Part shown: one piece after another, positions 54,135 to 64,000 of the stretch
How positions within the stretch are numbered: position 1 is the first letter of the stretch
How the letters are laid out: each line of letters opens with the position of its first letter
Assembly: GCF_009914755.1 (NCBI RefSeq)
Contig: NC_060926.1
Direction: 5' to 3' (one strand)
DNA length: 64,000 nucleotides
From: the human T2T-CHM13v2.0 reference genome, Homo sapiens
Made by a program: the position numbers and the translations under genes
Notes under the pieces: model-generated
What the model saw: the letters and a program-made list of their open reading frames with translations, nothing else
What the model was told of the DNA's origin: nothing
The model's database searches: none

Positions 54135-54545
54135 CCAAAACAAGATTCAAGGCAGGAATGCCCCACAATTATTTAACAGTTTCCTGAAAAGTCTATCCAA
54201 AATATCATGAGAAAAACAAAAATAAGAGGCCTAAGCTATTGGAATAGAGGAGATAAAATTACCATTATTTCTAGTTGATGTGATTATATGTTTAGTAACT
54301 AACAACAAAACAAAACCAAGAAAAGCAAAATAACTAAGAGGTATTAGAATAATAGGGCTCAGTGAGGGAAACTATTTGAAACTAATTACATTTCAACAAC
54401 TTCATGTATGCTATCAGCAACTAATTGTAAATTACAAATAAAAAGAAGATTCTATTCATAAAAACAATGAAAAATTTTAAATTCCCAGAAAAAAATCATA
54501 AGCCCTCTATGAAAAAAATTAAAATCTTTCTTGGGAACTTTTTTT
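54135..54545 (+). mobile_element. Very degenerate L1 ORF2 (RT region) fragment
   Basis: CAAGGCAGGAATGCCC and ATTATTTCTAGTTGATGTGATTATATG (cf. QGCP and LFADDMI regions). Confidence 0.55.
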
Positions 54546-55049
54546 AAGAGTAAACATTGATGGTGACTAGAGTGATGAATCTTCATGTCTTCCTACAAAC
54601 CTAGTCTGAGTCTGGACCTTGAATTCTTATAAAACCATATGGAGGCTCATAACTCCCTCATTACCTTGCAGGAAGTTTCTAGCATTTGAAGAGAGATGCA
54701 GAAGAACCCATTCATTATTGCATCCAGCACCCAGAAAAGTTCCTAACACATAGTAAGTATTCAAATAATATTGGATGGATGGGTGGGTGGTTGGATAAAT
54801 GAAACAAATGAATGAATCTCTAAACAAGTTCCCAAACTATGCTCATCTCTCTTATATCTGGCCTGGGTTCAAAGCAAATGTAGAGTTCTGGATCCAGAGA
54901 AAGTTCATGATAATTGACTTAATCCATCCTGTACTTGATTCAAGAGCAATTCTAGGATCACTGAGTTCCCTCCAGACAAGAATAAATTGAAATAGATACA
55001 GATTTTTTTCCCTTATGATTGAAGGAGGGAGTTGCAACAACTTTCCACA

Positions 55050-55240
55050 GTTATTCAACACAGTATTTACTGAGAATTTATTTTGTTATTAGATACTGGA
55101 AACACAGCAGGAAATGCTTCTCCTCTCTTGGGGCTTCAAATATGTGGAAATAGACATTCAACTAGCAAATAAATAAATGAACCAAATACTTACAGATAGT
55201 AAAACATACTGTGTAGACACTAATAAGGTAATGAAATCTA
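55050..55240 (-). mobile_element. L2 3' fragment (another on + at about 54715-54820)
   Basis: TTATTCAACACAGTATTTACTGAG on minus. ACATAGTAAGTATTCAAATAATATTGGATGGATG on plus. Confidence 0.55.
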
Positions 55241-55849
55241 ACTAGAGATTTAATTTAGCAACATGTTTTCTTCCCTGACTCATCCTCAAGCTCATGCCTG
55301 TAACCAGTGCTTTTTTTTTCTTCTTATTGCCTTTTTCTAATTGCTGGGCAAGTTACTAATTTTTTTTGTGAAGGGACCCTGTATCCGGAGCCATCTCAGA
55401 CTATCATTTTTTCTTCTTTATGGGTATCATTCAATGACTCCCAAAAATTCTGAAAGCATCCTAGAACAGCCTGACATTTCTATTTCAACAAGAATATATA
55501 GGCAGTTTCTTCATATACAGGGGTGTGTAGGTTTTATAATTAGGAAACCAAGGAAGAATGCCATCAGCTCACTTGGTGTGTTGCTGTCCATTTACTCACA
55601 GCACCGAGAGTGGTCAGCCAGATGGGCGGGAACCAGTATGCTGTTTCTGCTATCCAGTACACCTTACCAAGATTTCACAGAACCTCTGACTAATACAGCA
55701 ATATTGATTTTATCTAAAGGGAATTACTTTTAAGAAAATTTTCTCCTAAATCGCCCTGGAAGATGCTCTCTTGTTTAACCAAATAGTGTTGATTAAAAGG
55801 TTGAAATGAATGCTAAGTGAGCTGTTTTGTTTACTAGTGGAAACAATTA

Positions 55850-56960
55850 TTTCTTCAGCCCTCGCCTTTCATCTCCATAAATTAATGCTCTTTTCTCTGT
55901 GCTTCATTGACGGCTGGTGAATTATGCAAATATTTTTTCTGTAAGAAATTAGATAAAGTAGTCTCGAGACTTCTTATAACAAGTCATTATAAAGAATGGC
56001 AAGTTAACAATTTGATTTAAAATACTGTTCTCAATCTAGGTTGCCTAAGTTCAAATGTTTTAACCTTTAAATCAATTATCTGAAACCAAATTATATTTGT
56101 AAGTACATGGTTATTCTAAAGAAATTAAGTCATTTTAGCATTTCCTTTAATAAGAAAGTGATTTTAGGACATTATAGAAATACATCATTTCAATAGTTAC
56201 CTTTCTACTACCAGTACTACTGCCTCCAAGATAGTGCCATTTCACCCTGACATCACAAATGAAAATAAACAAATATTTGATTAATTCACATAGTGTGCCT
56301 TTTTCACAGTAGGGGTGTATGTATATTAAGACGGTTTAAAAGTCAAACCTCAGCACTGCACAGTTATTTCAAAAAAAATCAATGAAAACCAAATGACTCA
56401 CAGTAGCTCACAATTAAACCAAAAACTCACTTGTGCCCTTTTTCCCACAAAAGCAGCATTTTTAAATGCAAATTGTTCAATACTCTAATTGCTCCAAGAG
56501 CACTTCTGATTAGCAATCTTAATCATGTTCTAGCGCCTTTTCATCCCAATTTCCAGGATTTTGTTATTATGTGTCAGCATGACTCAAGGGAAAGCCCAAA
56601 CCCTGGTCCCACCAGACTGATACAACCTAGATTGTAAACCGAGTGGTTCTCAGCTCCAGGCCATCCCGTCTCACTTGACCCCTCTCTACTCAGAGCAGGA
56701 AACCAGCTCGGCTTCCCTTGGCAGTAAGGGAATGAAGTGCATTGATTGCTCGTGATTATTAGCTGGAGTGGGATGAGCCTCCTCCTTATTATGCAGATTA
56801 GCGGAGCTCTCAGTCCCAGCATATTGTGCAGATGTGGGCTAGCAGCTGCTCCTACAGATGGCAAGTATACAACTCCATTAGGATGGATCTATTGTCTGCT
56901 CCTGGCTTGCATAGAAGCTGGGGCAGACTGGGCAAAGAGAAATTGTTAAACGGCGAAATG
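55850..56960. promoter_or_regulatory. Repeat-free, motif-dense enhancer candidate
   Basis: Octamer ATGCAAAT at 55924 and 56466, ATGCAGAT at 56791, AP-1 TGACTCA at 56394 and 56580, E-boxes at 56829, 56843 and 56855. Confidence 0.35.
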
Positions 56961-57866
56961 TAAAGGCGCACACACTTTTAAAAATCTGCACCCAGGAGAC
57001 TCTTTACACAGCAGGGCCAACAGCACTCAAATTAGAAATCTACCCTAAATAAGGACTTTTATATGTCACAATTAAGCTTGTGTATTTTTTAAAGCAGATT
57101 AACCATTAAAATTGAGTAGCATAATTCAAATTTTGCAATGCCATGCTATTAAATATTCAGAGTATAAACAAATCCTAAGAGATTCATTCAGAAATTTGCT
57201 CTACATTCAGTTCTTCGGGAACCTTGTGTTTAGTTAGTTCCCTTTAAAGAGGCAAGTTTATTTTCCATAGCATCAAAATATGATAAGACACTGAGCTTCC
57301 CTTGTTAAAGTGTTTGCTTTGGGATAGTTTGTCCTTTTAGAGTTATTGTTTATTCTGAAGAGCATCAAAGTAGTTAATTCAAGTTTGTCTGCAGCAAAAG
57401 TTTGCATATAAGGATCCTTTCTGAATAAATATCATTTAAATCATTGGCAACTAAATTACATTGTCTGCTGCATAATTTTGGATGTGGTATAAAATAATTT
57501 GATTGCCAACTAATTGAAGAGATTAAGTTGGGTAAAGGATAAGTTTTTGTTTTGTTTTATTTTATTATAGCTAATGTTTGTTTAGATCTTCCCCTAAAAT
57601 TTAACAATGAAAAAGACCCCTGGCTAAGAGAGAGTCTAAAGGAACAGAAACTTCTAGAAAAATGGGAGGGGACTGCCAGAATGTTACAAGGAGTATAACT
57701 CAAACTTGTTACCAAAATAAACATAACTCTATTAAGTACGGTCTTTAAAAGTTCAAAAGAGTCAAGTTTAGAGGTGAACGCACAATAGAAAAAAAAGTGA
57801 TGACCTACTCAGTTACTCAGACTAACTAACGTAGACAGGCAAATAAAATAACTTAAAAGCACATCA

Positions 57867-58362
<496 letters not shown>

Positions 58363-60177
58363 TCAAACAGGTTACAGATGATCTGGTGGGGAGGATATGG
58401 CCCTGGAACTTATGCTGGATGTCTGAAAGATCAAAAATAACCGAAAGCAGATGCACTTCAGGAGATAAAGTGTTAAATGGCACATCCTCAAAAGGCAACT
58501 AAGAGTTAGGAAAGTGGAATCCCTGCAACCAAGGCTGAAAATAGATTCCTCTTCCAAAGAGGATTCAAGCCTTTGTGGACAGATTGCCTAAATATAGCCA
58601 AGATCAACAAAATCACAAAACTTCAAGAAGTCCAACCACCACTATAGAGAGAACACAGCAGAAATAAGCTCCGTGACTACATTAATCAGGAATTCAACAA
58701 CACATTGAGAACACACAATTACAAAATAGTAAACTTAAAACAGATTGAAATTATGATTTTGTAAACTGAATGTCTTGTCAATACATAACATTTAAACCTA
58801 AAGTTTAAATCATCTTGTGAATCCATTTCAGTTCAACACATCTTTTTTAATAAGGAAGCTCCATGAGTCTAACAACTTGTTATATTCCATGTACTGCTGC
58901 ATCCACAGCACACTGTAAAATCTCTTACATGGATTAGAATAGGCACTCAATAAAGGGCTGATAAGTGAATATGTCCACACATTAAATAGTGCACATGGAA
59001 TAACAGACTAAGTAATTACATCACAACATAGTAAGTCAAAAATTCAACTACACACCATACAGAGTTGGCAGAGAAGATTTTACTGGGGAGTTGGGAGCCA
59101 CCAAACACTTTTGACAGAGTTTTAAAGAGTAATCAAAAGAAGAATGGACATTCTGAGGAAAAGCAATAGAATATGCAAAGGCACAGAGTGTGAAACATCA
59201 GCACAACTGCAAGTAGTGCCTCATGGCCAAAAAATTCATTCTCCCATAGCTGAGGAGAATAGGGGATGCAGGCAGAGGATACACACCAGGCCAGGGTGAG
59301 TCATAAAAGAAGGAAGCCAAGGTCGGGTCTTAAGCAGCCTTGACTATGTCATGCCAAAGAGGAGCCTGAACTGTAATACAGCATACAGAGTTTTAAGCAG
59401 AAGCGAGACACAGTCAGATTTGACTTAAATTTTCTCGGTTACATAAATACAGCCCATTTAATGATCTATTACAAACTCTTTAAATAGATTTGCTGTCTTT
59501 TCTGGCAATTGACAGCCCTTGGTTTCAGCCTTCTGCCTGTGGTCTGACCTTTTGTAGGACATCATCAAACCTAAGAGCACTTTTTCCTCCCTCCAGACAA
59601 ATCTGGCTGTCATTTCTGGATCTTGAATTCCACACTCAATGCAGTGCTCCTTTGCCTAGAAGAGACAGCAGTGTTCCTTGACTTCCTTTCCCCTCAAACT
59701 GAGGCTGTTTGAATGCAAGCCATTGACAGATAAACATTTTGACCACATTAAGTGTAGTTGTAGACTCCTTCCAGTTTCAGGAGTTCACAGATGAATTTTA
59801 ATTGTGTTAGTAAAACATTTGCTACTGATTTGCTCTTTATAGTAGCTTTTGCTGCTGACTTCACATTCTCCTTGGGGCCTCTGCTCAAACTTTTTGTATC
59901 ACCCAGTACCCTTTCCATTCCCCATTTTTATTTGTCAAACTTCTTCCAGCCCCATGACATTTAATCACATTCATTCTTGTTTTATAGTTGGATTTAAACA
60001 TATCAATCTCCTCCATGGATTACAACCCTTGAGGGCAGGAACCAGAAATGATTCATCTTTGATCCCACTCACATCCAAAATAGTAGATAAGATAGTAAAT
60101 GAGAATAAATGAAATAGCATCTATGAAATCCCTGTGTACAATGCAAATTACTGTGAAATTTGTAGTTCTTATTAGTT

Positions 60178-60212
<35 letters not shown>
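60178..60212. repeat. Compound microsatellite (TC)n(AC)n
   Basis: Read directly. (TTTTTG)n at about 60333-60362 and (TG)n at about 60463-60486 are nearby. Confidence 0.9.
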
Positions 60213-60879
60213 GCAAAATAATTATTTATTTTTCAATGGAATTTTCTAGCCATCCTTAGTGTCCACCCCACAAGAACACTGGGGGTCCTTCCTATCTCCC
60301 TTGGTCATTCTCCTCCCCAGTATTCCTCTTGGTTTTTGTTTTTGTTTTTGTTTTTGTTTTTTACCCATCTGTCCTCATCCAAGGACCTTGGCTAACAGTC
60401 TGCCCCAATCAGAGCAGAGGACATGTGTATTTGGCCCATGGATTGCCTTTATGGTTGCATCTGTGTGTGTGTATGTGTGTGTGTGTATGCACACATAAGT
60501 ACATCAGCACATTAAAATTCAGGAGAAGTCACACAAACACCCCATTTGGGGCTTCTGTTGAAACATGGTAACATAATCTGGAGCTGAGTTGGGGGTGTCC
60601 TTCCTGTTGATGTAAGTTCACCTCTCCAGTTTGGCAGTCCCTGTCTCTTCCTATGGTCCCCATGATACCCAGCCAGGAGTCCATTGTCATTTATCAATAT
60701 GCTCATGCTGTTATTAATTTTTTTTACAATAGAGGTACATTTCTTTGATTCTATATCTCTACCAAAAGTGGGAAAAAGAAAGACTGAGAAAGCTGCATGA
60801 TTTTTCTTACATTAGACCTGCTGTATTTATTTATGTTACTTTACGTGGCCCCTGGGACATTCCGTTTTTACACCCCTGA

Positions 60880-61505
60880 TACAGAGCATCAGTATCAGTG
60901 ACCATGTGAGCAAGGAAGCAGGACCACTATAAGTGATCTGGAACCAAGACTTACTATGCAACGGAGGTAGCTGGGGAAGAAGTTTATGGAAATCTAGTGG
61001 TGAGCCTGAAACCAACTGCTATAGGTGAGCAGGGCAGCAGTTGGGAAGAAACCTGGACAGAAAGCAACAAAGAAAAAGACAAATTAGAACCTGTGAGGAC
61101 AAACCAGAGCCTCCATTTGTTTCTCATCATCTCTAACCTGATGCAAGAGACTGGAAAATAAGCTGTTGCCCTTCACCATGATGCTGCACACGTGCCTCAT
61201 CCAAGACTCATAGAAACTGAAGGAAGAGGTCTAGCAGAAGCTGCAGGAGCTGTGAGCTCAGGCTTTTGCAAGCCAGGTGAGTCAGTATATATAATAGGTC
61301 AGCGATATTGCCAGGGAGCCTAGGGCCACAAGGGAGCCTGGAGCCCTATGCAGATTTTCAGAGCTAATGTCTGCTACTTCACTTCTGCCTCCCAGATCTG
61401 GAGTAAATTTCTGTTATGGCCAACCTTGACCCAGAACCATATAGAGAAGGGAATTCTGGGAAGTGTAGTTCCACCTTAGCTAAATGACAGTACAAAACCA
61501 CTACA
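60880..61505 (-). mobile_element. LTR41-like ERVL solo LTR
   Basis: Reverse complement starts TGTAGTGGTTTTG...GAACTACACTTCCCAGAATTCCCTTC...GGTTGGCC. Confidence 0.65.
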
Positions 61506-61645
61506 ACATCTATTGATATAGTTTGGGCAGGTCAATTACCACAGCATGCACAATGAATAAGTCTTTGTTGCACTTTATCTAAACAAATCTCAGCTAATAA
61601 CAGAAGAAAAATCAAAGATAGCTTAGAGAATATAAGGATATCTCT

Positions 61646-62496
61646 TCTTTTGGTTGAGTTTTTATTGATACGTAATATTTGTACATATTTATGGGGTACA
61701 TGTGATATTTTGTGACATGCATACAATGTGTAATGATCAAGTCAGGATATTTAAGGTATCCACCACCTACTATTTATCATTCCTATGTGTTGGGAGTGTT
61801 TCAATTTCTCTCTTCTAGATATTTTGAAATATACAATACATTGTTCCGAACTATAGTCACACTGCTCTTCCATTGAACATTAGAACTTATTCCTTCTATC
61901 TAACTATGTTTGTACACATTAATCAACCTCTCTTCATCGCTGCACATACACCTGCAACAACCACACCCCCTTCCCAGCCTCTGGTATCTATCATTCTACT
62001 CTCTTCCTCCATGAGATCAACTTTTATAGTTCCCACACATGAGTGAGAACATGCCTATTTTTCTTTCTGTGCCTGGCTTATTTCACTGAACATATTGACC
62101 TCCAGTTCCATCCATGTTGCAACAAAGGACATGATTTTATTCTTTTTTATGGACAAATGGTATTTCATTGTGAATATATGCCACATTTTCTTTACCCATT
62201 TGTCTGTTGATGGACACTTAGGTTGATTCCATATCTTTGCTGTTGTGAATACTGCTGCAATAAACATGCAATGCAGGTATCCCTTTGGTGTACTGATTTT
62301 TTTTCCTTTGAATAAATACCCAATAGTGGGATTGCTGGATTGTATCATAGTTCTATATTTAGATTTTTGCAAAATCTTCATGCTGCTTTCCATAGTGGCT
62401 GTACTAATTTACATTCACACTGACACTAAATAAGAGTTCCCTTTTCTCCACATCCTCACCAACATCTGTTTTTTTTTATCTTTTTAATAATAGCCA
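61646..62496 (-). mobile_element. L1MA (MA2-4-like) 5'-truncated 3' end
   Basis: TTGTACATATTTATGGGGTACATGTG. ORF 62055-62393 gives the ORF2 C-terminus MFIAAVFTTAKIWNQPKCPS. Degenerate TSD AGAATATAAGGATATCTCT/AGAATGTACGGATATATCT. Confidence 0.9.
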
Positions 62497-62881
62497 AGAA
62501 TGTACGGATATATCTCAGCTGTTACATTTCACTACCATGACCAGCTCTCAATGCAGTGCCTTGCACAAAGTAAATGTCTAATATATTTTAGTGAATTACA
62601 TCAGGCAGTCCTGGTGACCCAGTTTTATAAAAAATAGTAGGGAAAAGAATAGCACTATCAGAACACATCTTTTGGTTCTATTAATATTATTTCATTTTTC
62701 AAGAAAAGACTGTGCTTTTGACAGAGTAAATAATGGTTTTTGTGTATAAATATTATGTCTAGATTTCACAGGTTTTTTCATTTTAAACATAAAAATGACC
62801 TTTACTTTATATAGCACATCCTGATTAAGAAATAAATTCCCAATTAAGGAAATCATTAACGTTAATAACAGAGATATAAAC

Positions 62882-63240
62882 TGTATTAGTCCATTTTCAT
62901 GCTGCTGACAAAGACATACCCCAGACTGGGAAGAAAAAGAGGTTTAATGGACTTAACAGTTCCACATGGCTAGGGAGGCCTCACAAACATGGCAGAAGGC
63001 AAGGGGGAGCAAATCACGTCTTACATGGATGGCAGCAGTCAAAGAGAGAGCTTGTGCGGAGAAACTCCTTCTTATAAACCCATCAGGTCTTATAAGACTT
63101 ATTTACTATCATGAGAACAGCACAGGAAAGACCTGCCCCCATGATTCAGTTATCTCCCACTGGGTCCCTCCCACAACACATGGGAATTATGGGAGATATA
63201 AGCTAAGATTTGGGTGGGGACACAGAGCCAAACCATATGA
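62882..63240 (-). mobile_element. THE1 (THE1A-like) solo LTR
   Basis: TGTATTAGTCCATTTTCATGCTGCTG...GGGGACACAGAGCCAAACCATATGA. TSD TAAAC/TAAGC. Confidence 0.92.
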
Positions 63241-63625
63241 TAAGCAAAGGGCAATTAATAAATATATTGTGGAGATTACTGTCAGGTATTTAATCTGTAA
63301 CAGATATATATCAAAATGTTACAAATTTCTTGCAAATGGGTAAAAATAAATAGGAAATAAACAAAAAAAAAGGTTAACAAATTAACAGGAAAACTGAACC
63401 TTCATTTCTTCAAATAACCAAAAAGCTTCAGTAAGTCATATATATTTTTCTTAATAAGTAATATTGAAAAAAATGCATAAAAATAAAATGGCCTACATAT
63501 TGCCACCTAGGAATTTGTCTTCGTTGGATAAATTGCTTTTTTCTTCACCAGTTCTTACAGTTTAATCCCTAGAATAAATCCCTTATCCCATGTCAAGAGG
63601 GTCCACTTCCCTGATCAAACCCTCA

Positions 63626-63962
<337 letters not shown>

Positions 63963-64000
63963 TTAGAAACTTTCAGGAATAAACTTAATTTTAGTTAGTA

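Overview
This is human (primate) non-coding genomic DNA, about 40% GC by eye, and is either intergenic or deep intronic. Two AluYb8 copies, a human-specific subfamily, point to Homo sapiens. I found no supportable protein-coding exon, tRNA, rRNA, CRISPR array or CpG island. The ORF track is explained by Alu, THE1 and L1 read-through or by chance. Roughly half the window is transposon-derived: Alus, L1 fragments, L2/MIR/CR1 relics, MaLR/ERV LTRs including one full-length THE1, and hAT and Tc/mariner DNA elements. The most unusual signals are: (1) two nearly identical, independently inserted AluYb8 elements in inverted orientation about 0.7 kb apart; (2) a chimeric Alu whose right arm shares private variants with a neighbouring AluJ, suggesting gene conversion; (3) a recursive-splice-site-like motif followed by a 59-nt pseudo-exon; (4) a collapsed MADE1 forming a loop-less palindrome; (5) a THE1 LTR carrying the CCTCCCT hotspot motif; (6) a few repeat-free, motif-dense enhancer candidates. 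I do not see evidence for a new multi-gene system. Repeat subfamilies were assigned by eye from recalled consensus sequences. Boundaries without target-site duplications (TSDs) are approximate.
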